The position numbers were made by a program, and so were the translations under genes. 54,783 nucleotides of DNA from assembly GCA_022865215.1 (NCBI GenBank), contig JALIDP010000002.1:1-54783 (forward strand). The letters run 5' to 3'. This DNA is from Candidatus Nanohalarchaeota archaeon QJJ-7. GTDB lineage: Archaea > Nanohalarchaeota > Nanosalinia > Nanosalinales > Nanohalalkaliarchaeaceae. Below are positions 9,333-18,434 of the stretch, piece by piece. Below the pieces are notes generated by a model, which saw nothing but the letters and a program-made list of their open reading frames with translations, had not been told where the DNA came from and searched no databases. Position 1 is the stretch's first letter; every line of letters begins with the position of its first letter.

Positions 9333-10916
9333 ATGGGGCTCTTCACAAAGGAGATAGAGGACCTGAAAAGATTCGAAGAGATAGTGAAGATCCTTTCAGA
9401 GGAAGGTTTCGGGCTTGTCATCAACCGGCTTAATCTCGGCGATAAACTACCTCTCCATAAGAAAGCAAGATCTAAGAAGGACGATATCCCGCCGCCGGAG
9501 CGCGTCCGCAGGACCTTCGAGAAGCTCGGTCCTACCTTCATCAAGTTCGGACAGATACTGGCCCAGAGACCTGATATAGTACCAGAAGAGTACGTTGAGG
9601 AGCTGGAGAAGCTTGAAGACTCGGTTCCCGCATTCGAATCTGAAAAGGCCAGAGAGATCGTTGAGGAAGAGCTAGGACCAATAGACGAGGTTTTCGAATC
9701 CTTCGAGGACGAACCCCTGGCAGCAGCTTCCATCGCACAGGTGCACCGTGCCACGCTCCATAACGGGGACGATGTCGTGGTCAAGATAAGGAGGCCAGGG
9801 ATAAAGGAACAGATCCGGAAGGACCTCGAGATCCTGGAATTCATGGCAAAAGAGGGCGAAAAACATGTATCGAAGCTGGATACTATTGACGCATATAAAT
9901 CCGTCAAGGAGTTCTCAGAATGGACCAAGGACGAGTTGAACCTGAAGAAAGAGGGGAGGAACGCGACTATACTGAAGAACAACCTCTCAGAAGAGGAACG
10001 GGTTAAGATCCCTGACATCTACACCGACCTTACCACGGAAAAAATTCTAGTGATGGAGTACGTTGACGGGGTCAAATGCGACGATAAGGAAGCCCTGGAA
10101 GAACTCGAAATCGAATCCGAAGAGGTTGCAAGGACGGCGGTACGTGCCGGTCTCAAGCAAACTGTCAGGGACGGATTCTTCCACGCCGACCCTCATCCAT
10201 CCAACTTCTTCATCTCCGAGGAAGGCAAGATAATCTACCTCGATTTCGGTATGATAGGGAAACTCAGCATGACGACACGTAGGAACCTCGGTCTCCTGCT
10301 CCTCCACGCTTCTAACGAGGAGGTAGAGGCCGCCATGGACGTAGTCAAAAGGATGGCGAAAGTGGAAGAAGATGCAGATCTCCAGGGCCTGAAGAACGAC
10401 ATAGAAGAGAGTATCTTGATGATACGGAACTCTACTCTGGAGGAACAGAGTATAACCAAGGCGCTATTCGATATCACGAAGAAAGCCGCCGAGAGAGGTG
10501 TTCACATGCCCTCGTCTCTCGTGATACTCGGGAAAAGCATGCTCACGGTTGAGGGGATCGGTCTGACCATCTACCCCGAGTTCGAGATGACAGACGAGTT
10601 CGAGAAGATCACAGAAAGGCTTCTATGGGAGATGAACTCTCCGAAGAAACTTTTCAAGACATTCATGATAGACCTCGTACAGAACCGGGACCTCGTCGCC
10701 AGGATGCCCAGCCAGGTCAACAAGGCTCTAGATAGTTCCGGAAAAGGTGGAGAAACGACTGTGGAGGTGGAAACCGGTCCGGACCGTATGACCATCCTTG
10801 CAGCAGTACTGATCCTGACCTCATCGTTCTTCCTTTTACAGTCTCTCCCACAGGAACAGATGCTCCTGGTAGGCGCCCTGGAGATAATCCTCGCAGCCTA
10901 TATACTTCTAAGGTAA
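9333..10916 (+). CDS. ABC1/AarF/UbiB-family atypical kinase
   Basis: LGPTFIKFGQ, AAASIAQVH, VVKI, FHADPHPSN, LDFG; C-terminal TM helices. Confidence 0.95.
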   Translation: MGLFTKEIEDLKRFEEIVKILSEEGFGLVINRLNLGDKLPLHKKARSKKDDIPPPERVRRTFEKLGPTFIKFGQILAQRPDIVPEEYVEELEKLEDSVPAFESEKAREIVEEELGPIDEVFESFEDEPLAAASIAQVHRATLHNGDDVVVKIRRPGIKEQIRKDLEILEFMAKEGEKHVSKLDTIDAYKSVKEFSEWTKDELNLKKEGRNATILKNNLSEEERVKIPDIYTDLTTEKILVMEYVDGVKCDDKEALEELEIESEEVARTAVRAGLKQTVRDGFFHADPHPSNFFISEEGKIIYLDFGMIGKLSMTTRRNLGLLLLHASNEEVEAAMDVVKRMAKVEEDADLQGLKNDIEESILMIRNSTLEEQSITKALFDITKKAAERGVHMPSSLVILGKSMLTVEGIGLTIYPEFEMTDEFEKITERLLWEMNSPKKLFKTFMIDLVQNRDLVARMPSQVNKALDSSGKGGETTVEVETGPDRMTILAAVLILTSSFFLLQSLPQEQMLLVGALEIILAAYILLR

Positions 10917-10949
10917 ACGTTTATCAACGAGTTCACACAACCCTTGAAT

Positions 10950-11681
10950 ATGGATCTAGAAGAGCAATCTGTCATCGTGACCGGCGGTTCATCAGGTATA
11001 GGTAAGGCGATGGCCGAAAGGTTCATCGAAGAAGGAGCTGATGTCGTCATAGGAGATATAGATGTGGAAAGCGGTCAGGAGGTGGCGGAAGAGATCGGTG
11101 CCGAGTTCGTCGAGTGCGATGTCTCGGATTACGAACAGGTCGAGAACCTGGTTGAGAAGGCTGTAGAAGAGAACGGGAAGCTGGACTGCATGGTTAATAA
11201 CGCCGGTATCGGTTCTGTCAAGAATATCGAGGAGATGGAGATCGAGGACTATCACAGTACGATCTCGGTCGATCTGGACGGGGTCATGTACGGGTGCAAG
11301 GCAGCGACCCCGCACCTCAAGGAGACCGAAGGCTGCATCATAAATATCGCCTCTATCTACGGTCTCGTAGGGGACATCGGCTCGACCGCCTATAATGCTG
11401 CGAAAGGAGGCGTTGTGAACCTGACACGTTCCGTGGCCGATGACCTAGCCCAGTACAATATACGGGTTAACTCTATCTGTCCCGGTTTCGTCGACACACC
11501 AATGACAGATGAAGCCCTGAAAGACGGAGACTTCAAGGATCACGTCCTCAATAACACGCCTCTAGGACGCGTGGCGCAGCCTGAGGAGATAGCAGGAGTC
11601 GCTGTTTTCCTGGCTTCAGAAGAGGCCTCGTATATAACCGGAGTCAACCTCCCTGTAGATGGCGGCTGGACATCGCACTAA
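10950..11681 (+). CDS. Short-chain dehydrogenase/reductase (FabG-like)
   Basis: TGGSSGIG, NNAG, YNAAK, VDGG. Confidence 0.95.
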   Translation: MDLEEQSVIVTGGSSGIGKAMAERFIEEGADVVIGDIDVESGQEVAEEIGAEFVECDVSDYEQVENLVEKAVEENGKLDCMVNNAGIGSVKNIEEMEIEDYHSTISVDLDGVMYGCKAATPHLKETEGCIINIASIYGLVGDIGSTAYNAAKGGVVNLTRSVADDLAQYNIRVNSICPGFVDTPMTDEALKDGDFKDHVLNNTPLGRVAQPEEIAGVAVFLASEEASYITGVNLPVDGGWTSH

Positions 11682-11723
11682 GATTCTTCAATCTCAGTTC
11701 CTCATACCTTTGCAGGTGGTAAT

Positions 11724-12143
11724 ATGGATAGAAAAGATCCTTTCGAACAGATGAGGAGGACTATGGAACAGGTGTTCAGGAGCCTACAGGATCTGGAAAC
11801 CGAACTCCCGGAGACCAGAACATCCGTGGTGCCGGTCGACATCAAGGAATCAGACGGACAGATCACAGTCACTGCGGACCTCCCAGGCCTCGAAAGTGAC
11901 CGGATACAGGTCGAGGCATCTGAGGACTCGGTGGAGATCCACGCCGAACATGAAGAAGAGATGGAAGAGGAACAGAAGGACTTCTACAGGCGGGAGAGGA
12001 ACTCAAGGACCTTCCACAGGGCTGTCTCGCTCCCGGCACCGGTGGATCCGGAAACTGCAGAGGCAGAGTACGAGAACGGAGTTCTTACAGTAGACCTGGA
12101 GAAAAGTGAAAAGTCTGGTAAGAAGAGGGTCGAGGTGGAGTGA
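11724..12143 (+). CDS. Small heat-shock protein Hsp20
   Basis: PVDI, ADLPG, AEYENGVLTV, C-terminal V-x-V. Confidence 0.95.
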   Translation: MDRKDPFEQMRRTMEQVFRSLQDLETELPETRTSVVPVDIKESDGQITVTADLPGLESDRIQVEASEDSVEIHAEHEEEMEEEQKDFYRRERNSRTFHRAVSLPAPVDPETAEAEYENGVLTVDLEKSEKSGKKRVEVE

Positions 12144-12144
12144 G

Positions 12145-13152
12145 TCACTCCCCCACCAGTCTCTCTCCTTCCCTTCTTATCTCTCGTTCCACGAACTTCT
12201 CCGTGATATCGATGTTGCTCTCCACGTGATCCGTGATATCCAAAACCTCTATCTCTCCTCCTGCAAGGCCTAGGAACGGGATGGCCATGTCAGACATCGG
12301 GCGGTCCAGCGGCGCATCGCTCTCCAGAGATTCGAGAATCTCCTCGGCAGCTTCTCTACCGACTTTCTCCGCCCTCTTTCCTTTCTCCCCGATCGAATCT
12401 CCACCCATAAGCGTCTCGCCATCATCCGACCACAGAACTATGGAGGAACCTGGAGATTTGGATTCCACGTACCTAGTCTCTATATCCAGTTCGAGCGAAG
12501 GGTCGTGATCCGATAGAACTCTCCTGGCCTCCTTCCTCTGCCGTTCTGCGACCTCAGAGTCCTGGAGGTGTTGCGACGCGACAGAGATACCTCTCACAGT
12601 CTCCGTTTTCCCCGACTCCTGAATCTCCAGGGGCCTTAGATCCGAACCCGAGAACTCTGCTCCTACAAGTGCACCGCCTTCCGGGTAGAAGCCGTGCCTC
12701 ATGATCCGGGTCGAAGCATTGATTCCGAACCTATCCATCAAGGGGAACGCGACCTTCTCCAGGTAATGTACAGGGGGAGCCCACTTTCCAGCTGTCGCAC
12801 CGCCGTCCACTTTAACGGTAAAAACATCTTCGGAAGCTGTTGAAGCTATCCAGAGAGGCTGTAAAAGGAGTCCTATAGAACCCGCTGTCGGTATTTTCAC
12901 CCTCACCTCTCCTGACAACTCCCCGCCGGGAGAGAAGTAGAGTTCTCCTGAACCGAGCTCATCGCCCTCCACTTCTGCACCCGAAAGGTCTGATGAAGCT
13001 CTTACAGCAGCAAGGTGCTGGTGTTTAAGTCCGGTATCCGGCCTTTCTGAACGGACGTTCTCGAGCCTGAATGGATTACCTGTGGCGATAGAAAGGCCAA
13101 GAGAAAGTCTGACTATCGAACCTCCCCCGATAGAACCGTCGATCTCCAGCAT
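12145..13152 (-). CDS. rtcA: RNA 3'-terminal phosphate cyclase (divergent motifs)
   Basis: R-x2-R-x3-GLxxQHL, AGSIGLLLQ, HGFYPEGG, AERQ, catalytic TDH. Confidence 0.9.
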   Translation of the reverse strand: MLEIDGSIGGGSIVRLSLGLSIATGNPFRLENVRSERPDTGLKHQHLAAVRASSDLSGAEVEGDELGSGELYFSPGGELSGEVRVKIPTAGSIGLLLQPLWIASTASEDVFTVKVDGGATAGKWAPPVHYLEKVAFPLMDRFGINASTRIMRHGFYPEGGALVGAEFSGSDLRPLEIQESGKTETVRGISVASQHLQDSEVAERQRKEARRVLSDHDPSLELDIETRYVESKSPGSSIVLWSDDGETLMGGDSIGEKGKRAEKVGREAAEEILESLESDAPLDRPMSDMAIPFLGLAGGEIEVLDITDHVESNIDITEKFVEREIRREGERLVGE

Positions 13153-13923
13153 CTACTCCACCTGACGGAACTCCGGCTGTCCGACCACTTCCAGGATCCT
13201 CTCCGGGTCAGATAGCTCGGAAGGTTCCATCGGTGTCACGATCTTGGACACCAGACCGTGGAGCGAGCCCGGAAGCCTCATCAGATCTTTCTCTCCCGCG
13301 GTTATCGCGGGGTCTATAGGGAACTCTTTCGCGACCTTCCCTGCAAGCTCTCTGCGGTCCTCCCTGTCCATCCTGAATGCTTCCATGTCCTCCACGTGGA
13401 TGTGGAACCCTCTCCCCGAGTATACCAGCTGAAGATCGGAGAAGTGGTTCTTGAGGAATGAGAACAGCTGCCGGGTCTCTTCCGCTACCTCCCCGAAACA
13501 TTCATCACAGAAAACATACTCTTCGGCTGTCCCTTCCAGATATTTCTTCTTCCTCTCGCAGTTCTTGCATTCGACGTTCTCCGGGTCGAGATCGAAAACC
13601 AGCTCCTTTTCCGGGTTCGTCTCTATCCTGTCCTCCTTCTCTATCGTGGTGGCGTAGTACAGGTCCTCGGGAGCGTAGTCCACGATCTTCGATTTCAGGT
13701 CGTCCAGGTCCTCGAACTCGTTTATACGGACCAGCTTCCCCTTGTATTGCTTGAAACGGGGCCTGTAACGGGTGCTGTCGCTACCGACATCCACTACTGG
13801 GACGAACCGGTCCCAGCGGTCCAATTTATCCTCTATAAACTCTCGAGGGAAGGATTTACGGTAAAATTCTTCTCTTTCTTCTACAGACGAGGGCCGTAGG
13901 TCAGCAGGGAAATCGAACTTCAT
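13153..13923 (-). CDS. PriS-like archaeo-eukaryotic primase catalytic-domain protein
   Basis: ELVFDLD (motif I), YSGRGFH (motif II), D...RLPGSLH (motif III), CxxC...CxxC Zn site. Confidence 0.85.
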   Translation of the reverse strand: MKFDFPADLRPSSVEEREEFYRKSFPREFIEDKLDRWDRFVPVVDVGSDSTRYRPRFKQYKGKLVRINEFEDLDDLKSKIVDYAPEDLYYATTIEKEDRIETNPEKELVFDLDPENVECKNCERKKKYLEGTAEEYVFCDECFGEVAEETRQLFSFLKNHFSDLQLVYSGRGFHIHVEDMEAFRMDREDRRELAGKVAKEFPIDPAITAGEKDLMRLPGSLHGLVSKIVTPMEPSELSDPERILEVVGQPEFRQVE

Positions 13924-13959
13924 TCCAAAGACGTTTTAATCGGTACTCCTAAATCCTTT

Positions 13960-15090
13960 ATGGTCATGGGTATCAGGGAATCGGTCCGGGATGCGGTTTT
14001 CTCCATCAGAGATATCAGCGAGAAGGCCGGTAGGATGGACGATACAGTAAGGCTCGACATCGGCCAGCCGGACTTCGAAACGCCTTCAGAGGTCAAAAAA
14101 GCCGCTTCTGAGGCTATCCGTGAGGATCACATAACTTACACTTCTCTCTGGGGGATCCCGGAGCTCAGGAAAGAAGCTGCGGATTACGAATCCTGGAAGA
14201 CGGAAATGGGGGAGAAGAACATCATGGTAACCACTGGAGGTATAGGAGCGCTCCACTGTATCCTGACAGGGTTCCTGGAACCGGGCGAGAATGTGGTCAT
14301 GAACGACCCAGCCTGGATGCCCTACTCCCTGATTTCCAGGGTCTCTCCTGGAACGTTCGGACAGGTCCCTTACTTCGATGAGGACGGAGAGGTCCGGGCC
14401 TCTGCTATAAGAGATTCTATCGGTGAAGACACAGAACTACTGCTGCTCAACTCGCCCGAGAACCCTACAGGGAGAGTCTACACCGAGGAGCAGGTCAAAA
14501 CCCTGGGAGAACTGGCTGAAGAAGAGGGCCTCTGGATAGTATCGGACGAGGTGTACGACCACCTGCTTTATGGGGATGCGGAACACGTTTCTGCCGCCGA
14601 ACACTTTCCTGACCGGACGCTGATCGTAAATTCCATGTCGAAGAACTTCGCTATGACCGGGTGGAGGATCGGATGGGTGGCATCGAGGGACGAGGAGATG
14701 ATACACGAGCTCGGGAAGGTGAACCGGGCATCGACCGCCTGCCCCAACTATATCGGTCAGAAGGCGGCTCTAACCGCTCTGAAAGAATCTCAGGATTACG
14801 TGAACGATATGAGAGAGGAGTTCGAGGATAGGCAGGAACTGGTGCTCCAGCACGTGGAAGATCTGGGATGGGATTCAGTGAACCCGGAAGGAGCCATCTA
14901 TGCATTCCCTGATGTGGAGCAGGATTCATGGGAGTTCGCTCATTCGCTCCTGGAAAACGAGGGAGTTGCAGTGGTCCCGGGTTCAGCGGCCGGTGGGTCG
15001 GGCGACACGAACGTCAGGATATGCTTCGGTTCCGCAACTCAGGAGGATATAGAGGAAGGTTTCCAAAGGATCAAACGTTTCGTCGGCTGA
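13960..15090 (+). CDS. PLP-dependent aminotransferase class I/II
   Basis: IGQPDF, NSPENPTG, SDEVY, SMSKNFAMTGWRIG. Confidence 0.95.
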   Translation: MVMGIRESVRDAVFSIRDISEKAGRMDDTVRLDIGQPDFETPSEVKKAASEAIREDHITYTSLWGIPELRKEAADYESWKTEMGEKNIMVTTGGIGALHCILTGFLEPGENVVMNDPAWMPYSLISRVSPGTFGQVPYFDEDGEVRASAIRDSIGEDTELLLLNSPENPTGRVYTEEQVKTLGELAEEEGLWIVSDEVYDHLLYGDAEHVSAAEHFPDRTLIVNSMSKNFAMTGWRIGWVASRDEEMIHELGKVNRASTACPNYIGQKAALTALKESQDYVNDMREEFEDRQELVLQHVEDLGWDSVNPEGAIYAFPDVEQDSWEFAHSLLENEGVAVVPGSAAGGSGDTNVRICFGSATQEDIEEGFQRIKRFVG

Positions 15091-15140
15091 TAAAAGGAAT
15101 AAAAGGTTTCACGGCTATTCTGCGGGTGGAGACGTCTCTA

Positions 15141-16163
15141 ATGGACTTGAAAGAACGTAAGGAACTGACTCTCAGGAACAGTGCAGAGATTGTCGAAGAG
15201 GGGGAACTGGATGAGATACTGAGAGAGAAGGACGAGCCGCGTTGCTACGTTGGATACGAGACCTCGGGGCCTGTACATCTCGGCCACTGGATCTCCGTAA
15301 GAAAGCTCCTGGACCTGCAGAAAGCTGGTTTCCAGCCAGTAGTCCTCTGGGCTGATCTCCATACTTTCCTGAACCGGAAAGGGGAAGAGGACTGGATAGA
15401 GTCGATGATCCAGTACTGGCAGGCCACGTTCGAAGCTCTCGGGCTCGAGGCAGAATACGTCCACGGAAGAGACTTCGAGGAGGAGACCCTTTACTTCCAC
15501 GACATCCTCCGTATGGCGAAGGAGATCACAATAAACAGGGGAACTAGAGCTATGAGCGAGGTCGCCCGGGACGAGGAGAATCCGTACATCTCCCAGATAA
15601 TATATCCGTTGATGCAGGCCCTGGACATCGAACACCTTGACCTGGATCTTGCGGTCGCAGGTATAGATCAGCGGAAGATCCACATGCTGGCCCGTGATAA
15701 GCTTCCGAAGCTCGGATACGATAAACCCACCTGTCTCCACTGGCCGATGCTCGCATCTCTCAGTGGAAGCGGTGAGAAGATGAGTTCCTCCAAGAAGAAG
15801 ACCATGTTCCCGCTCCACGCCGATCCTTCCCACATCCGGGAAGTCGTACAGGAGGCCTACTGTCCTTCAGGCCAAGTGGAAGATAACCCTGTGCTCCAGA
15901 TAGCGAAGTTCTTCGTTTTCGGGGGAGACCGGGATCTGGAAGTCCAGAGAGACGAAGAGTACGGTGGAGACCTTCTCTACAGTGAATACGGAGAACTGGA
16001 AGAAGACTTTTCTTCCCAGGAACTCCATCCTCAGGACCTTAAGGATGCGGTGGCAGAGGAGATAGTGGACCGTCTCTCAGGAGTAAGAGAGAGGTTCAAG
16101 GAGGAGCCAGAACTTCTTCAACCTCTGGAAGAGATCGGCCACGAGAAACCGGACTACATCTGA
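15141..16163 (+). CDS. tyrS: Tyrosine--tRNA ligase
   Basis: HLGH, YPLMQALD, GIDQRKIHM, KMSSS; probable start ATG 15141. Confidence 0.96.
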   Translation: MDLKERKELTLRNSAEIVEEGELDEILREKDEPRCYVGYETSGPVHLGHWISVRKLLDLQKAGFQPVVLWADLHTFLNRKGEEDWIESMIQYWQATFEALGLEAEYVHGRDFEEETLYFHDILRMAKEITINRGTRAMSEVARDEENPYISQIIYPLMQALDIEHLDLDLAVAGIDQRKIHMLARDKLPKLGYDKPTCLHWPMLASLSGSGEKMSSSKKKTMFPLHADPSHIREVVQEAYCPSGQVEDNPVLQIAKFFVFGGDRDLEVQRDEEYGGDLLYSEYGELEEDFSSQELHPQDLKDAVAEEIVDRLSGVRERFKEEPELLQPLEEIGHEKPDYI

Positions 16164-16774
16164 GCTATCTCCTGCCCCTCTACGAATACCAGCCCGTTCT
16201 CATTCGCGTAATTCTCCGCCTCTCTTTTTTGAAGGGCTCTACCTGTATCATCATCAATCATCTCGGATACGACCGCAGCAGGTTTCAGACCAGCCTCCTT
16301 CATCAGATTCACCGCAAGTTCCGTATGCCCACATCTCTGGTCCAGTAGTTCCTCCGCAGCCAGAAGTATCGGTACGTGACCTGGCGACCGGAACTCTTCA
16401 CGGAACGAAAGCGACGGGGTTTCCAGAGCTTCAGCCAGTTCCCTGATAGTGGTTGCGCGGTCCCTGTCAGTTACTCCTGTACGTGTAGATCGGTGGTTGA
16501 CCGGGAGGGAGAAGGAGGAACGGTCATCGTATTCTGGAGAACCGCCGAAATCCAGTTTCTCCTCCAGGAGGGGGATTTCGAACCTTTCTCCCGCTTCCCA
16601 GGGCATCGCGACACATATAAGGCCGCCGGCCTCGTTCCTCAGGAACCTGACGTCTCTCCATCCTATATTTCCTGCAGGTATGATAACATCTGTCTCCTCT
16701 TCTCTACCGTCCGAATCGTATACCAGGACGGGTCCGCCTTCCTGGAGCGATCTCAGCGCCTCTTCTACGCCCAT
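16154..16774 (-). CDS. ribB: 3,4-dihydroxy-2-butanone-4-phosphate synthase
   Basis: REEETD, GLICV, SSFSLPVNH, TGVTDRDRA, PGHV, RxGHTE. Confidence 0.93.
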   Translation of the reverse strand: MGVEEALRSLQEGGPVLVYDSDGREEETDVIIPAGNIGWRDVRFLRNEAGGLICVAMPWEAGERFEIPLLEEKLDFGGSPEYDDRSSFSLPVNHRSTRTGVTDRDRATTIRELAEALETPSLSFREEFRSPGHVPILLAAEELLDQRCGHTELAVNLMKEAGLKPAAVVSEMIDDDTGRALQKREAENYANENGLVFVEGQEIAQM

Positions 16775-16920
16775 GTTCCTCCCAAAGAAGGCCTCACGTA
16801 TTTAAATCTGGTTAACCAAACGATTGCTGTTCCAATGAAGGGTGGACGTTTTTCCGCTCGGAACCGTTAACTACCTTCTTCCGTCCAGCTGTTGCTTTAG
16901 AACTCTCAAGGTGAATCGAA

Positions 16921-18195
16921 ATGCTTGACATCCAGATGTTCCGCAAAGAACCAGATAAAATCAAAGAATCGGAGAAACGCCGTGATAAAGATCCTGGAAG
17001 GATCGACAGGGTCAGGGAGCTCGACCAGGAGTGGCGCTCCACCCGTCAAGAGCTGGACGATTTACGGCAGAGAAAGAACGAGCTCACCGATCAGATCCAG
17101 GATCTGAAGAAAGATGGTGAAGATGCTTCTGGGGAGATAGAAGAAGCGGACCAGATGGATGAGAAGATAGAAGAACTTGAAGAGAAGGAGAAAGAACTCC
17201 TGGAAGAACGGGACGAGGTCCGCTTCAAGGTCGGTAACATCATGCACGACTCCGTTCCGAAAGGTGATGACGAGAACGAGAATGTCCCTATAAAGCACTG
17301 GGAGCCTGAGGACGGGAAGAAGGAGGACGGAGAGCTAGGTGCAGACGTGATGGAGGAACTCGACCTGATAGAGACAGAGAAGGCTGTCGAAGTTGCTGGA
17401 GACAGGGCCTACTACCTGAAAGGTGACCTGCTCGACCTGAACCTGGCTCTCATCCGGTACGGAATCGACAAGATGAGGGGCAAAGGGTACACTCCGATGC
17501 AGACACCTTACATACTGAACCGGGAACCGATGGAAGCGGCCGCGGAACTGGAAGACTTCCACGACCAGCTATACAAGCTGGACAGGCACGACCGGTACCT
17601 GATAGCGACCTCGGAGCAGACCCTCGCCGCCCTTAAGTACGATGAGATTATCGAGGAAGACGAGCTACCGATAAAGCTCTCAGGTTTCTCCACAAATTTC
17701 CGCAGGGAGGCGGGAAAGCACGGCAAACAGACGAGAGGGATCTGGAGAGTCCACCAGTTCGATAAGGTGGAGCAGTTCATCTTCTCCGACCCAGAGAACT
17801 CGTGGGAACTCCACGAGGAACTTTTACAGAACTCGGAAGAGGTAATGCAGGACCTTGAGCTTCCCTACCGCGTGGTGAACGTGTGCACCGGCGATCTCGG
17901 AGACACCGCATCAAAGAAGTACGATGTCGAGGTCTGGAGGCCTCCTCTCGGGGATTACGGGGAAGTAGTATCTTGCTCCAACTGTACGGCATACCAGGCA
18001 GAGAAGCTAGATGCGAGGGTCAGGAGACCTGGAGAGGATAACGAGACCGTTCACACGCTGAACGCGACCGCACTCTCAACTTCCCGGTTAATGACCGCTA
18101 TCATGGAGAACAACCAGACAGAGGATGGAACGGTGAAAATCCCGGAAGTCCTGCAGGAATACATGGGCGGTAAGGAGTATCTCGGCGATTCCTGA
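16921..18195 (+). CDS. serS: Serine--tRNA ligase
   Basis: N-terminal coiled coil, LIATSEQ, FRREAG, RVHQFDKVEQF, SCSNCT, HTLNAT. Confidence 0.97.
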   Translation: MLDIQMFRKEPDKIKESEKRRDKDPGRIDRVRELDQEWRSTRQELDDLRQRKNELTDQIQDLKKDGEDASGEIEEADQMDEKIEELEEKEKELLEERDEVRFKVGNIMHDSVPKGDDENENVPIKHWEPEDGKKEDGELGADVMEELDLIETEKAVEVAGDRAYYLKGDLLDLNLALIRYGIDKMRGKGYTPMQTPYILNREPMEAAAELEDFHDQLYKLDRHDRYLIATSEQTLAALKYDEIIEEDELPIKLSGFSTNFRREAGKHGKQTRGIWRVHQFDKVEQFIFSDPENSWELHEELLQNSEEVMQDLELPYRVVNVCTGDLGDTASKKYDVEVWRPPLGDYGEVVSCSNCTAYQAEKLDARVRRPGEDNETVHTLNATALSTSRLMTAIMENNQTEDGTVKIPEVLQEYMGGKEYLGDS

Positions 18196-18238
18196 TATCT
18201 CAGAGAGTTTTATAAGCCGGGAAACGGAAATCCGGGAT

Positions 18239-18376
18239 ATGGAAAAGAACCCCAGTTACCTCGGATTCCTGGGATTCGCAGGATTCCTCGGTTTCCTTGA
18301 ACCTCGGCTATACTACCTTTTCTTCCTGTTTTTCCTGTTCTTCCTGGACTTCGTTCCGGGAGTAGGAGAGGAATAG
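18239..18376 (+). CDS. 45-aa membrane microprotein
   Basis: MEKNPSYLGFLGFAGFLGFLEPRLYYLFFLFFLFFLDFVPGVGEE; TTTTATAA box ~25-30 nt upstream; fills the serS-topA gap. Confidence 0.7.
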   Translation: MEKNPSYLGFLGFAGFLGFLEPRLYYLFFLFFLFFLDFVPGVGEE

Positions 18377-18434
18377 AGAAGAGGTCTTCCAGTTCTCCGT
18401 TTATTTAAATAGATGTACCTAAGAGGTTTGAATC

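Noticed and set aside
16870..16895. Minus-strand CUGGACGGAAGAAG upstream of ribB resembling the 3' end of an FMN riboswitch
   Set aside because: The rest of the aptamer is absent, and the TATA position implies ribB is leaderless
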